Assembly: GCF_000406145.1 (NCBI RefSeq)
Contig: NZ_CM001976.1
Coordinates: 2,012,161 to 2,044,160, forward strand
Length of the DNA: 32,000 nucleotides
Direction: 5' to 3'
From: Dickeya dadantii NCPPB 898
GTDB lineage: Bacteria > Pseudomonadota > Gammaproteobacteria > Enterobacterales > Enterobacteriaceae
Shown: positions 17,134-27,311 of the stretch, one piece after another
How the letters are laid out: each line of letters opens with the position of its first letter
How positions within the stretch are numbered: position 1 is the first letter of the stretch
Program-made: the position numbers and the translations under genes
The notes under the pieces: generated by a model
Databases searched by the model: none
Seen by the model: the letters and a program-made list of their open reading frames with translations, nothing else
Told to the model about the DNA's origin: nothing

Positions 17134-17478
17134 GTGAATACTCTCCAACTTTCGGTGGTTCATCGCTTGCCGCAAAGTTACCGCTGGTTATCCGGTTTTA
17201 CTGGCATCAAAGTTGAACCGATTCCGCTTTGCAGCATGGATGACGACAGTTATCTGATCGGTTTTAAACTGCTCAGCCACGACGGCGAAGAAGCTCGCCA
17301 GATTATGCGCCACCTCAACCAGTCACTGGATGATATCCAGCTGCAATGCGCGGTAGTCGAGTGGGAAGGCGAGCCGTGCCTGTTCCTGCATCGTCAGGAC
17401 GAAAGCGCCGCTATGTGCCGTCTGAAAGACGTCGGCGTGGCGATCGCCGAATCCGTCTGTGCTCAATACCCTTTCTGA
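17134..17478 (+). CDS. yejG: Uncharacterised protein YejG
   Basis: 114 aa with a GTG start and GAGGAAG as RBS. MNTLQLSVVHRLPQSYRW...EGEPCLF..RQDE.AA.CRLK..GVAIAE matches E. coli YejG. Confidence 0.9.
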   Translation: MNTLQLSVVHRLPQSYRWLSGFTGIKVEPIPLCSMDDDSYLIGFKLLSHDGEEARQIMRHLNQSLDDIQLQCAVVEWEGEPCLFLHRQDESAAMCRLKDVGVAIAESVCAQYPF

Positions 17479-17480
17479 AA

Positions 17481-17506
17481 CCGCAGCATCGGTAACGATG
17501 CTGCGG
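17481..17506. terminator. Perfect 11-bp hairpin between convergent yejG and yejF (terminator-like, no U-tract)
   Basis: CCGCAGCATCG-gtaa-CGATGCTGCGG, starting 3 nt after the yejG stop. Confidence 0.5.
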
Positions 17507-17549
17507 TAACGCCACTTCTCTCCAGGCTTTCCTGAACCGAGCGAGATGC

Positions 17550-19142
17550 TCAGACCGACAGTTGCAATAACTGCCGGGTATAATCCTGCTGTGGGTGTTC
17601 AAAGAGTTGCCGACACTCGCCTTGCTCTACCACTTCGCCGTGCCGCAGCACGATAACCTGATGACACAGTGAACGCACTACGTGCAGATCGTGGCTGATG
17701 AACAGATAAGCTAACTGGTGGGTTTGTTGCAGGGTTTTCAGCAGCGCCAGAATCTGCGCCTGTACCGTACGATCGAGCGATGAGGTCGGTTCGTCGAGAA
17801 TCAGCAGTTCCGGTTGCAGGATCAACGCCCGGGCGATAGCGATACGCTGGCGCTGGCCGCCGGAAAACTCTGATGGATAGCGATGGCGGCTGTCCGGGTC
17901 CAGCCCGACTTCCTGCATGGCCTGGATCACCCGCTGCGTCTGTTCCGCCGGACTTGACCGGTGGTGTACCCGCAGCCCCTCCGCGATAATCTGCTCCACG
18001 TTCAGGCGGGGATTCAGCGAACCGTTTGGGTCCTGAAACACCACCTGAATGCGGCGACGCACCGGCAGCATCTGCTTACGGTTAAAACGGTGCAGCGGCT
18101 GGCCGTCGAACCAGATCTCGCCGCGACTGCGCAGCAAGCGCAGCAACGCCAGTCCGGTGGTGCTCTTGCCGGAGCCGGATTCGCCCACCAGTCCGATGCT
18201 TTCTCCGCGGCGCAGGCTAAAGCTGAGCGCCTGTAACACCGGTTTTTCTCCCACCGTGCGGCGCAATAGGCCACGTCTGATGGGGAAGCTGACGCCCAAC
18301 TCCCGGACATCCAGCAGCGTCGATGCGGCCTGCTCTAGCGGCAAGGCTTCTCCTGTCGGCTCGGCATCCAGCAACTGCCGGGTATATGGATGCTGCGGCG
18401 CGCTGAACAACTCGCGGGTTTGGTTCTGCTCTACGCAACGCCCGGCCTGCATCACCGCCACCCGGTCCGCCAGCCGGCGCACAATGTTCAGGTTATGGGT
18501 AATGAACAGCAGGCCCATGTTTAGCTCTTGTTTCAGCTCGTTGAGCAGGGCCAGAATTTGCGCTTGTACGGTGACGTCCAGCGCGGTGGTCGGTTCGTCG
18601 GCAATCAGCAGGTCGGGCTGCGTCAGCAGCGCCATGGCGATCATCACCCGCTGGCGTTCACCGCCGGAAAGCTGGTGGGGAAAGTCCGCCAGTCGTCGCG
18701 CCGCCTGATGAATACCGACGCGTTCAAGGCAACCGACGATTTCACCTCGCGCGGCTTCGTGGCGCATACCCCGGTGCAGCGAGAGCACTTCCGCCAGTTG
18801 CTTTTCAATGGTGTGCAGCGGGTTGAGGGAGACCATCGGCTCCTGAAAGATCATGGCAATCCGGTCGCCGCGCACCTGGCGCAGCCGCTGCTCGCTGGCG
18901 TTCAGTAACGATTCGCCGGCAAACAGGATGTCGCCGTGAGGGTAGACCACCGGCGGCGAGGGCAGCAAACGCAGCACCGACAGCGCGGTCACGCTTTTGC
19001 CGGAGCCGGATTCGCCGACCAGCGCCAGCGTTTCTCCGGCCTCAATGCTCAGCGAGACTCGGTCGACCACCTGCCGCTGCTGGTCGCCGTTGCGAAACGC
19101 AATGCTCAGGTCCCGGATTTCAAGTAAAGGGTGTGCGGACAT
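17550..19142 (-). CDS. yejF: ABC transporter ATPase YejF (two fused ATP-binding domains; microcin C/peptide uptake system)
   Basis: I chose the ATG at 19142 ([16 protein letters not shown]..., 530 aa; E. coli YejF is 529 aa), not the track's 19319. Two Walker A motifs (GESGSGKS twice) and two [16 protein letters not shown] signature motifs are present. Confidence 0.95.
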   Translation of the reverse strand: MSAHPLLEIRDLSIAFRNGDQQRQVVDRVSLSIEAGETLALVGESGSGKSVTALSVLRLLPSPPVVYPHGDILFAGESLLNASEQRLRQVRGDRIAMIFQEPMVSLNPLHTIEKQLAEVLSLHRGMRHEAARGEIVGCLERVGIHQAARRLADFPHQLSGGERQRVMIAMALLTQPDLLIADEPTTALDVTVQAQILALLNELKQELNMGLLFITHNLNIVRRLADRVAVMQAGRCVEQNQTRELFSAPQHPYTRQLLDAEPTGEALPLEQAASTLLDVRELGVSFPIRRGLLRRTVGEKPVLQALSFSLRRGESIGLVGESGSGKSTTGLALLRLLRSRGEIWFDGQPLHRFNRKQMLPVRRRIQVVFQDPNGSLNPRLNVEQIIAEGLRVHHRSSPAEQTQRVIQAMQEVGLDPDSRHRYPSEFSGGQRQRIAIARALILQPELLILDEPTSSLDRTVQAQILALLKTLQQTHQLAYLFISHDLHVVRSLCHQVIVLRHGEVVEQGECRQLFEHPQQDYTRQLLQLSV

Positions 19143-19143
19143 A

Positions 19144-20169
19144 TCAATGCGCCTTACCTGGGTCAAAGGCGTCGCGAACCGCTTCGCCGATAAAGATAAG
19201 CAGTGACAGCACCACCGCCAGCACCATAAAGACCGTGATGCCAAGCCACGGCGCCTGTAGATTATTTTTCCCTTCCAGCAGCAGGCCGCCGAGCGAGGCG
19301 GACCCCATCGGCAGACCAAACCCCAGAAAGTCGAGCGAGGTCAGGGTGGTGATGGAACCGCAGAGAATGAACGGCAGATAGGTGAGGGTGGCGACCATGG
19401 CGTTGGGCAGCATGCAGCGAAACATGATGGACCGGTCGCTGACGCCCATCGTCTGTGCCGCGCGGATATAGTCAAAATTGCGGGTACGCAGGAATTCGGC
19501 CCGCACCACGCCGACCAGCGCCATCCAGCCAAACAGTACGGTAATGCCTAGCAGCCACCAGAAGTTCGGCTGAATTACGCTGGAGAGCAGGATAATCAAA
19601 AACAGCGTCGGCATACCGGACCAGACTTCGATAAGGCGCTGTCCCCACAGGTCTACGCGTCCGCCGTAATACCCCTGAGACGCACCTACTACGATGCCAA
19701 TCAGGCTGGACAACAGTGTCAGCGCCAGCCCGAACAGAATGGAAATACGAAAGCCATACAGCACCTGCGCCAGCACGTCGCGCCCCTGACTGTCGGTGCC
19801 GAGCAGATTCTGGCGCGACGGCGGCGACGGAAACGCGCTCTGGGTGGCGTAGTTGATGGTGTCGTAGCGGTAGTGAATCAGCGGCCACAACGCCCAGCCG
19901 CCTTGTTCCAGCCGCTGCACTAACCAGGGATCGCGGTAATCGGCCGGCGTCGCCAACTGGCCGCCGAAGGTAGTTTCGCTGTAATCCACCATAACCGGCG
20001 CGTACCACTGCCCGTCGTAGCGCACCAGCAACGGTTTGTCGTTGGCGACCAGCTCAGAGCACAGGGTAACGACAAACAGCGCCAGAAAAACCCACAGCGA
20101 CCAGTAACCACGACGATTAGCGCGAAAACGTGCCCAACGCGCCTGATTGATAGGGCTTAGACGGCTCAT
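19144..20169 (-). CDS. yejE: ABC transporter permease YejE
   Basis: 341 aa, [26 protein letters not shown]..., the same length as E. coli YejE and close to it in sequence. Confidence 0.95.
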   Translation of the reverse strand: MSRLSPINQARWARFRANRRGYWSLWVFLALFVVTLCSELVANDKPLLVRYDGQWYAPVMVDYSETTFGGQLATPADYRDPWLVQRLEQGGWALWPLIHYRYDTINYATQSAFPSPPSRQNLLGTDSQGRDVLAQVLYGFRISILFGLALTLLSSLIGIVVGASQGYYGGRVDLWGQRLIEVWSGMPTLFLIILLSSVIQPNFWWLLGITVLFGWMALVGVVRAEFLRTRNFDYIRAAQTMGVSDRSIMFRCMLPNAMVATLTYLPFILCGSITTLTSLDFLGFGLPMGSASLGGLLLEGKNNLQAPWLGITVFMVLAVVLSLLIFIGEAVRDAFDPGKAH

Positions 20170-21257
20170 TGGCGCTCCTCGAAATCGATACGCGGGTCAA
20201 CCAACGTATAGGTCATGTCGCTGAGAATATTCAGCAGCAGGCCAATCAGGGTAAAAATGTACAGCGTGCCGAACATCACCGGGTAATCGCGTTGCAGGGT
20301 AGCATCGTACCCCAGCAGGCCAAGGCCGTTGAGGGAGAACATCACCTCAATCAGCAGCGAACCGGTAAAAAACATGCTGATGAAGGTGGCGGGGAAACCG
20401 GCGATCACCAACAGCATGGCATTTCGAAACACGTGGCGATAGAGAATCCGTTTTTCATCCAGCCCTTTGGCGCGGGCGGTGACCACGTACTGCTTGCGGA
20501 TTTCATCCAGAAACGAGTTCTTGGTCAGCATGGTCAGCGTGGCGAAGCCGCCAATCACCATCGCCAGTACCGGCAGCGCAATGTGCCACAGATAATCGGT
20601 AACCTTATCAAACCAGGACAGGCTGTCGAAATGCGGCGATACCAGGCCGCGCAGCGGGAACCAGTCGAGGTAACCGCCGCCGGCGAACAGCACGATCAGC
20701 AGGATCGCGAACAGGAACGCCGGGATAGCGTAGCCGACGATAATTAGCGTACTGCTCCAGACGTCGAAGGCCGAGCCGTTGCGCACCGCCTTTTTGATGC
20801 CGAGCGGAATGGAAACCAAATAGATGATCAGCGTGCTCCACAGCCCGAGGGATATCGACACCGGCATACTCTCTTTAATCAGGGCAAGCACCGACGAGCC
20901 GCGAAACAGGCTGTTGCCGAAGTCAAACCGCACGTAATCCCAGATCAATTTGACGTAGCGCTCGTGCAGCGGCTTATCGAAGCCGTAGCGTTTGGTGATC
21001 TCCGCGATGATTTCCGGGTCCAGCCCGCGGGCGCCGCGATAGGTGTTTTCCACCGACGGTTTGCCGCCCGGCCCGCGCGCCAGCCCGCCGCCGTCCCCGC
21101 CGGCGCTAAAGCCGCTGCCCTGGCCCATTTCAATCGAGGCGATGGCCTGATCGACCGGGCCGCCCGGCGCGACCTGCACAATAAAAAAGTTGATGGTGAT
21201 GATGGCCCACAGCGTGGGGATCACCAGCAATAGTCGACGTAACAGGTAAGTTCCCAC
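20166..21257 (-). CDS. yejB: ABC transporter permease YejB
   Basis: 363 aa, [40 protein letters not shown]..., close to E. coli YejB. It overlaps yejE by 4 nt. Confidence 0.95.
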   Translation of the reverse strand: MGTYLLRRLLLVIPTLWAIITINFFIVQVAPGGPVDQAIASIEMGQGSGFSAGGDGGGLARGPGGKPSVENTYRGARGLDPEIIAEITKRYGFDKPLHERYVKLIWDYVRFDFGNSLFRGSSVLALIKESMPVSISLGLWSTLIIYLVSIPLGIKKAVRNGSAFDVWSSTLIIVGYAIPAFLFAILLIVLFAGGGYLDWFPLRGLVSPHFDSLSWFDKVTDYLWHIALPVLAMVIGGFATLTMLTKNSFLDEIRKQYVVTARAKGLDEKRILYRHVFRNAMLLVIAGFPATFISMFFTGSLLIEVMFSLNGLGLLGYDATLQRDYPVMFGTLYIFTLIGLLLNILSDMTYTLVDPRIDFEERQ

Positions 21258-21266
21258 ATCGGCTCC

Positions 21267-23078
21267 TTATCGACGCGCTGCCGGCAGGGTGGCCGCTTTA
21301 TCCGCGTCATACCACCAGCTGTCGATACCCAGCGTATAGGCCGGGCGGGTTGCAGGCATGGCAAATTTATTCCAGTAAGCGAAACGATCGTGATTGGAAT
21401 ACCACATCGGTATGGCGAACTGGTTCCAGGTCAGCACTCGGTCCAGCGCCGGTCCCAGCGACAACAGCGCCGGCTTGTCGCCCTGATGGCGCACGATGTT
21501 GTCAATCAACTGGTCAATGGCGGTGTCTTGCACCCCCGGCGAGTTATAGGAGGAGTTGATATACCCGGAACTCCAACTGATGGCGAGGTCGGAGCTGGGG
21601 TAGGGCATCGCCGGGTACAGCTTCGGGATCATGTCGAAGTCGCGCTTGCGAAACCGGTTATTGAACTGCGGACTATCGACGCTGCGCACTTCCATGCGGA
21701 TACCGAGTCGCGCCAGACTATGCTGGAACGGCAGCACATAGATGGAGTTGGCGGCGCTCGGCAACAACAGTTCGAAACGAAAAGGCTGACCGGTCTGCTT
21801 GTTCACCAGCACCTGATTTTTCAGCTCCCAACCCGCCTGTTGCAGCAGTTGCAGCGCGTTGAGCAGCCCGGCGCGGTCGTAACCGCTGCCGTCGGATTCT
21901 TCCGGCCGGTATGCCGGGCCGAAGACTTCGGAGGGAATCTTGTCTTTCAGCGGTGTCAGCCAGGCCAGCTCTTCCGCCGATGGCGCGCCCTGCGCCGCGT
22001 ACTCGGTGTTCTGGAAAAAGCTGTTGGGGCGCTGATAGCTATTAAAAAACAGCGCTTTATTCATCCAGTTGAAGTCAAAGGCCAGCGCCAGCGCCTGACG
22101 CACCCGGCGATCGCTAAACTGCGGCCGCTGGATGTTAAACACCAGCCAGCGGGTATCCTGCGCCGCCTGATTGGTTTCATCTTTCTTGCGAATGTAGCCG
22201 CGGGCGAAATTACCGCCTTCGTACTGGGTCGCCCAGTGTTTGGGGGAACCCTCGATGCGGAAATCAAATGCGCCGGCCTTGAAGGCTTCCAGCGCTACGC
22301 TGTCGTCCAGGTAGTAGTCATAACGCAACTGGTCAAAGTTGTAGCGGCCGCGGTTGACCGGCAGGTTGGCTGCCCAGTAGTCGGTCACGCGCGAATAAAT
22401 GACGTACTGGCCCATGCGGTAATCGGTAATGCGGTAGGGGCCGCTGGCCAACGGTGGTTTGCTCAGCGGGTCGCTGAGTTTGTGGTCGCGCCAGAATTTC
22501 TCCGGCATGACCGGTAACGTCAGCATCCCCAGCATCTTTTCCTTGTCTGGTTCAGGGAAGGTAAAGCGCACCGTGTGCGGCGTAATGGCTTTGACGTCGG
22601 CGCCTTTGTAGTACAGACGGAACTGCGGTACACCTTGGGTCATGAACATATTGAAGGTGAACGCCACGTCGGCGGCGGTAATCGGCGAACCGTCATGAAA
22701 ACGCGCGGCGGGGTTCATCTCTACTTCAATCCAGCTGTAATCGCTGGCATAACGCGCGGTAAGCGCGATCAACGGGTAGTAACTGGCGGGTTCGTCTTCT
22801 GAACTGACGTAAAGGGCGTCGTACAGGCTTTCGGTGCGGGCGGCGGCCAGACCGCGCAAAGCAAAGCGGTTAAAGTTATCGAAAGTGCCTAGCGCGCTGA
22901 ACGTAATTTTGCCGCCTTTGGGGGCCGATGGATTGGTGTAATCGTAGTGGGTAAATCCCTGCTGGTATTTCGGTTCGCCCAGGGTCGCAAACGCATAAGT
23001 CTGCTGCGTGGTCGGTTCGGCATAGGCCAGCCAGGTGCAGGCAGACAGCAAGGTGGCGATAAGTGCACGTATAAACAT
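21267..23078 (-). CDS. yejA: Periplasmic substrate-binding protein YejA (family 5 SBP)
   Basis: 603 aa with the signal peptide MFIRALIATLLSACTWLAYA. It is the first gene of the yejABEF operon. Confidence 0.95.
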   Translation of the reverse strand: MFIRALIATLLSACTWLAYAEPTTQQTYAFATLGEPKYQQGFTHYDYTNPSAPKGGKITFSALGTFDNFNRFALRGLAAARTESLYDALYVSSEDEPASYYPLIALTARYASDYSWIEVEMNPAARFHDGSPITAADVAFTFNMFMTQGVPQFRLYYKGADVKAITPHTVRFTFPEPDKEKMLGMLTLPVMPEKFWRDHKLSDPLSKPPLASGPYRITDYRMGQYVIYSRVTDYWAANLPVNRGRYNFDQLRYDYYLDDSVALEAFKAGAFDFRIEGSPKHWATQYEGGNFARGYIRKKDETNQAAQDTRWLVFNIQRPQFSDRRVRQALALAFDFNWMNKALFFNSYQRPNSFFQNTEYAAQGAPSAEELAWLTPLKDKIPSEVFGPAYRPEESDGSGYDRAGLLNALQLLQQAGWELKNQVLVNKQTGQPFRFELLLPSAANSIYVLPFQHSLARLGIRMEVRSVDSPQFNNRFRKRDFDMIPKLYPAMPYPSSDLAISWSSGYINSSYNSPGVQDTAIDQLIDNIVRHQGDKPALLSLGPALDRVLTWNQFAIPMWYSNHDRFAYWNKFAMPATRPAYTLGIDSWWYDADKAATLPAARR

Positions 23079-23262
23079 CGAAATGGCAGACTCCTGATAA
23101 CCTCATGTTTCCCCGTATGAAAAGCCGACTTGCCGGAGAAAGTGCCTGAAATTCCTGGCAATCACGATGCCGGACGCTATGGTGCTCTGTTTTACCATGA
23201 ATTAAGGCGTCAAACCTACTGTTAATCGATCCAAGTTGTTACCGGAGGGACGAGTGGAGCAA

Positions 23263-23292
23263 TAAAAAACGCCGCTGTCTGACGAGCGGCGT
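23263..23292 (-). terminator. Rho-independent terminator of mepS
   Basis: The ACGCCGCT-gtctgacg-AGCGGCGT hairpin is followed on the minus strand by a T-run (A-run at 23263-23269 on the plus strand). It lies about 40 nt after the mepS stop. Confidence 0.75.
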
Positions 23293-23329
23293 TTTAAGTT
23301 TGTTTGGACGACATCAAGGAAAAAGAAAA

Positions 23330-23905
23330 TCAGCTGTGCGAATCCTGCTTCAGCACCCGGCGCGCTTCGCGGTAGCGAGGTTTCCAGTAGTTGTCATCCA
23401 TGCTGGAAATAGTCACACCAATGCTGGTGGAAGCATGAACGAACTGCTGGTTGCCGATGTAGATGCCCATATGGCGGCCGGTAGAGCCGGCATGAAACAC
23501 GACCAGATCACCCGGGCGCAGCTTATTGCGCTGGATTTGAACGCCGATGTCCTGCTGTTCATAACTGGAACGCGGCAAATCCATACCGAATTGTTCACGG
23601 AAAGTACGCTGAACGAAACCGGAGCAATCGATGCCTTTACGGCTGTCGCCCCCGAGGCGATAACGCACGCCTTTCCAACTGGCGTACTGTTCAAGCAACT
23701 TGGATTTGACTTCCACGTTGCGAACCATCGCTTCGAATTCATCCTGAGAGGCTTGTAGTGAAGGGTCACCACCGTTAACCACACGCCTATCAGTTTGATT
23801 ATTAACACTTGCAGTATTGTTGGTACAGGCGGAGAGCATTACCGCTACCGCCACGGCAGGCAAGGCCCGCCAGATATATCTCAGAGTCGGTTGAGATTTG
23901 ACCAT
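23330..23905 (-). CDS. mepS: Murein DD-endopeptidase/LD-carboxypeptidase MepS (Spr), NlpC/P60 lipoprotein
   Basis: 191 aa. [27 protein letters not shown] is the lipobox. ...[21 protein letters not shown]...[17 protein letters not shown] is close to E. coli Spr. Confidence 0.95.
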   Translation of the reverse strand: MVKSQPTLRYIWRALPAVAVAVMLSACTNNTASVNNQTDRRVVNGGDPSLQASQDEFEAMVRNVEVKSKLLEQYASWKGVRYRLGGDSRKGIDCSGFVQRTFREQFGMDLPRSSYEQQDIGVQIQRNKLRPGDLVVFHAGSTGRHMGIYIGNQQFVHASTSIGVTISSMDDNYWKPRYREARRVLKQDSHS

Positions 23906-23960
23906 TGTTGTTATGTTCCCTTGATGTCCTTAACGATTCAATCGCTATCGCTGTGTTTAT

Positions 23961-24034
23961 GAACGATGTATTTATTGAACGATGTGTCTATTGATCAATG
24001 TTTCTATGCCAATGATCAATGTGTCTATGCCAAA
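23961..24034. repeat. Four tandem imperfect repeats (unit GAWCRATGTDTYTAT, 16-21 bp) upstream of mepS
   Basis: gaacgatgtatttatt / gaacgatgtgtctatt / gatcaatgtttctatgccaat / gatcaatgtgtctatgccaaa, read directly from the sequence. They lie 56-129 bp upstream of the mepS ATG. Confidence 0.7.
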
Positions 24035-24396
24035 CAAAACGAGTGTCAGACTAAAGCACTACTTTTCATGGGACAATTATCCATCCACCAAATTGTGCAA
24101 CACTGCACACTATTATTGGTTTGGCAACAGTTGGTTAACTGGCCGGATGTCTGCCCATGAATCGCGAGCCTCGACGACCATACCTTAACGAAAATCAGAT
24201 TGCGAGTTTTTTTGTCTCTTTTGTTTATACGATTTCATGATGAAATTTTTCACGCCAGCCCTATAAAAATCTGCGGCGGGAGAGTGGAACGATAAAACGT
24301 GCGCAAAATAGCCAAAAAAGTTGAACAGGTGGGCAGGGTGACCACTATCTTGGCGACTACCGGAGGCGACAGATCGTTTGCAGTGGTCACCATCAG

Positions 24397-25110
24397 TCAG
24401 GCCTGCTGACTGAGCGATTTTTTGCCGGGTAACAGGTGGTCAAGCCAGCTAATCAGCGCGTCGCAGGCTGGGGTCAGCAGCCACCAACTGAGCCCCACCA
24501 GCACGATTGACAGCGACCCGACGGCGACATCGGTAAACCAATGCGCGCCGCTCATGATGCGCGGCGTGGCAAATACCAGCACGATCAACAGGCTGACGGC
24601 AAAGGCTAGCCGGCCAAAGTAGCGCAGCATAAATGCGGCGAATATCATCAGCATCATTCCGTGATCGCCTGGGAAGCTATCGCTGGACGCATCCTTGGTG
24701 GGAATACCGGTCAGATCACCCACCCGGTTGATGTCGCTGAAAAACAGCGTCGGGCTGCTGTGCTGTATCGGTATCAGATGTCCCAGTTGGTTTAGCACCA
24801 CCGCGGTCATCAGCATCACCAGACCGATAAGCAGCATCTGACGGCGCGCGTCATGGGAGCGACGCAGGTAATAGCACAGATAAAGCAGCCCCATGGCCAG
24901 CAGCGCACTGGCGTCGAAGGCGCGATTGTTGGTAATCGCCACCAGATGGAGAAACGCGCTGGATGTAGCCAGGCGCTGGTTGAAATAGAAAAACAATGAT
25001 GTGTCTATGTCGAACCAGAACCCGTGCTGTGCGGGCAAATACCAGGAGAAGAACAGAGAAAAACCCAGAAGATTGAATAATAAAATAAGTAGCTTACTAC
25101 GCTTTGACAT
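24397..25110 (-). CDS. lpxT: PAP2-family lipid A 1-diphosphate synthase LpxT (YeiU)
   Basis: 237 aa from the ATG at 25110 (the track ORF starts at a TTG at 25140). ...LFFSWYLPAQHGFWFDIDTSLFFYFNQ...AITNNRAFD...DSFPGDHGMMLMIF...PRIMSGAHWFTDV... is collinear with E. coli LpxT, including the PAP2 motifs. Confidence 0.85.
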   Translation of the reverse strand: MSKRSKLLILLFNLLGFSLFFSWYLPAQHGFWFDIDTSLFFYFNQRLATSSAFLHLVAITNNRAFDASALLAMGLLYLCYYLRRSHDARRQMLLIGLVMLMTAVVLNQLGHLIPIQHSSPTLFFSDINRVGDLTGIPTKDASSDSFPGDHGMMLMIFAAFMLRYFGRLAFAVSLLIVLVFATPRIMSGAHWFTDVAVGSLSIVLVGLSWWLLTPACDALISWLDHLLPGKKSLSQQA

Positions 25111-25158
25111 ACATCCTGACTCACTGTCAAATTTGTCCAAGCGTATAATTTACATCGC

Positions 25159-26136
25159 TTATATTAAACGGGAATTTAACAACTGCTTTTGCAAGGTGTT
25201 CCATTCCGCTTCAGATTCATTAATGATTTCAATGCGGCTGTCCGGCGGTGAGGCGGATTGCGTTTCAATGCGCAGGTCGAATCCCTGTCGGTTAACCACC
25301 AGCGTGCCTTCTGGAATACGCATCACACCTTTAACGCGGCTTACCGGTGCCAGACGCACCCAGTCAAGCAGACTGGCGGTGTTGAACTGGGTATCGCCAT
25401 CGAAAATCCAGCCGCAGGCATAATAGCCCTGACCCTGATTCAGTGCGCGGCGCCAGCTTTCCCGGCCGGTCAGTTTCAGTGCGGCCAGCCCGGTTTTGGC
25501 GACGGCGGAGTGATGGTGGTGACGGGCATCCGGCAGCGCATTGTGGTTTTCCCGCGGCAAATCCAGCACGGCGATATCCAACTGCCCCTGAGACAGGGTG
25601 ATCAGACGACGATCCTGACCCTGCTGCTGATACCAGGCCTGCAGCGCGTCGTGGTCGCTGTCCTGCCAGGTATCTTGCTTGTTGGCGACAATCACGTCGG
25701 CAGCGGCCAACTGGTCGCGGAAGTTTTCATTTTCGGTGTAACGGCTGTCGCCGAGCTGGCGCGCATCCAGCAAACACACGGCAGCCTGCAACTGGAGCCA
25801 CGGCTGATAGGCTTCCGAGGTCAATAGCGTCAGAATTTGCTTCGGATGGCCGAGACCGGTGGGTTCAATCAGTAAGCGGTGAGGTTTTTTCTGCAGCAGC
25901 ATATTGAGCCCCACCTGCATCGGCAGGCCATTCACACAGCACATGCAACCGCCGGGGATCTCTTTGAGCAGTGCGCCGGTATCGCTCAGCAACGCGCCGT
26001 CGATACCGATTTCACCGAACTCATTGACCAGCACCGCCCAGGTTTCGTCTTCAGGCTTGCGGGACAGCAGGTGCTTGATGGTGGTGGTTTTGCCGCTGCC
26101 GAGAAAACCGGTGATCAGGTTTACTTTCGTCAACAC
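25159..26136 (-). CDS. yeiR: COG0523/CobW-family zinc-binding GTPase YeiR
   Basis: 325 aa with a GTG start and AGGAGG as RBS. LITGFLGSGKTT is the P-loop and GGCMCCV is the CxCC metal motif. A His-rich stretch (DARHHHHS) is also present. Confidence 0.9.
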   Translation of the reverse strand: MLTKVNLITGFLGSGKTTTIKHLLSRKPEDETWAVLVNEFGEIGIDGALLSDTGALLKEIPGGCMCCVNGLPMQVGLNMLLQKKPHRLLIEPTGLGHPKQILTLLTSEAYQPWLQLQAAVCLLDARQLGDSRYTENENFRDQLAAADVIVANKQDTWQDSDHDALQAWYQQQGQDRRLITLSQGQLDIAVLDLPRENHNALPDARHHHHSAVAKTGLAALKLTGRESWRRALNQGQGYYACGWIFDGDTQFNTASLLDWVRLAPVSRVKGVMRIPEGTLVVNRQGFDLRIETQSASPPDSRIEIINESEAEWNTLQKQLLNSRLI

Positions 26137-26213
26137 AGGGAGCCTCCTTGTATCTGCAGGAATACGTCTGGCTTGGCCCGCCAGACGCGGGTATTCAATT
26201 CACCGGCGGGCGG

Positions 26214-26786
26214 TTAGTCCGCGCGACCCATGTAGCGGCGCTCGGCGATATGAATATGGATTTTTTCGCCGGCGCTCAGGTATTCCGGCACCTGAATCAC
26301 CAGACCGGTGGTCAGCGTGGCCGGTTTGTTGCGGGCGCTGGCGGATGCGCCTTTGATCCCCGGCGCGGTTTCCACGATTTCCAGATCGACCGTCTGCGGC
26401 AGTTCCAACGCCAGCAACTGTCCGTCCATGGTTAATACCTGAATGCCCGGCATGCCGCCTTCAGGAATAAACAGCAGTTCATCTTCGATCTGCTCTTTCT
26501 TGAAGGTATACGGGGTGTAGTCTTCCTCGTCCATAAAGATGTATTCGTCACCGTCAATATAGGAGAACGTCACGGAACGGCGGGTCAGGGTGATGGTGTC
26601 CAGAATATCATCGCCTTTGAAGCGCTCTTCTACTTTCAGGCCGGTACGGACATCGGAAAAACGCATTTTGTACAGCGTACTGGCGCCGCGGGCGCTGGGG
26701 CTCTGGATATCGATATCTTTTACCAGCAGCAGCTTACCGTTGTAGTTAACGGCCATGCCGCGTTTGATCTCATTTGCTCTTGCCAT
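26214..26786 (-). CDS. efpL: Elongation factor P-like protein EfpL (YeiP)
   Basis: 190 aa, [60 protein letters not shown]..., nearly identical to E. coli YeiP. Confidence 0.95.
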   Translation of the reverse strand: MARANEIKRGMAVNYNGKLLLVKDIDIQSPSARGASTLYKMRFSDVRTGLKVEERFKGDDILDTITLTRRSVTFSYIDGDEYIFMDEEDYTPYTFKKEQIEDELLFIPEGGMPGIQVLTMDGQLLALELPQTVDLEIVETAPGIKGASASARNKPATLTTGLVIQVPEYLSAGEKIHIHIAERRYMGRAD

Positions 26787-27025
26787 GAAACATACCTTAA
26801 ATAAAGAAGAGAAATTTTTGTGGCGACACGTTACCCGTCAGGATGGGTTCAGGCAAGCGGGATTTGTGGCGGCCAGATGCCAAACAGACCGGCGGCGGAG
26901 CAGTAAAAACGGTGGTAGTAAAAACGGCGGTAAAACGGCGATAAGGTAAATAGTGGCCTTGCGGCCGACAGCCTGTTAGGCTCTGCGGCCTGAAAGAGTA
27001 ACGGGAATCCCCGGAGGTTATGTTG

Positions 27026-27280
27026 ATGGAATGTCGCCCTGATTGCGGCGCCTGCTGTACCGCGCCTTCTATCTCCAGCCCGATTCCCGGCATGCCGCAG
27101 GGAAAACCGGCCAATACGCCCTGCATCCAACTCTCTGCAAATAACCTGTGCAACATTTTCGGGTCTCCGCTACGCCCGAAAGTCTGTGGTAGCTTACAAC
27201 CCTCGCACGAAATGTGTTCAACGAACCGCGAAGATGCCATGACGTATCTGATTCATCTTGAAGAAGCGACGGGACCTTGA
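27026..27280 (+). CDS. yeiW: YkgJ/UPF0153-family cysteine-cluster protein YeiW
   Basis: [36 protein letters not shown]...[16 protein letters not shown] matches E. coli YeiW. I chose the ATG at 27026 because GGAGG lies 8 nt upstream. The track ORF starts at 27020. Confidence 0.85.
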   Translation: MECRPDCGACCTAPSISSPIPGMPQGKPANTPCIQLSANNLCNIFGSPLRPKVCGSLQPSHEMCSTNREDAMTYLIHLEEATGP

Positions 27281-27311
27281 CACACCGCGGATAATAATGT
27301 GACTTAGTGGC

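Noticed and set aside
23961-24034. Possible CRISPR array
   Set aside because: There are only four directly abutting imperfect 16-21-bp units with no unique spacers between them, and no cas genes nearby. This is a simple tandem repeat, not a CRISPR array.
23966-24188. Two overlapping 64/68-aa plus-strand ORFs in the lpxT-mepS spacer
   Set aside because: They have no RBS and are Cys/Gln/Asn-rich with odd composition. They are generated largely by the tandem repeat array, so I treat the region as non-coding and regulatory.
24205-24229. Possible PhoP box (TGTCTC...TGTTTA) downstream of lpxT
   Set aside because: The half-site spacing and sequence do not fit the (T/G)GTTTA-N5-(T/G)GTTTA consensus when aligned base by base.
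24393-24427. CAGTCAG-gcctg-CTGACTG hairpin plus a T6 run on the plus strand, suggesting a convergent terminator or sRNA end
   Set aside because: It lies inside the last codons of lpxT. The U-run is separated from the stem by 5 nt, and there is no upstream plus-strand promoter or gene. The evidence is insufficient.
26165-26187. 8-bp hairpin CGTCTGGC-N7-GCCAGACG between efpL and yeiR, as a possible terminator
   Set aside because: There is no U-tract on the coding (minus) strand, and yeiR follows about 30 nt after the hairpin with its own strong RBS. It is probably an intercistronic stability or attenuation element at most, so I have not called it as a feature.
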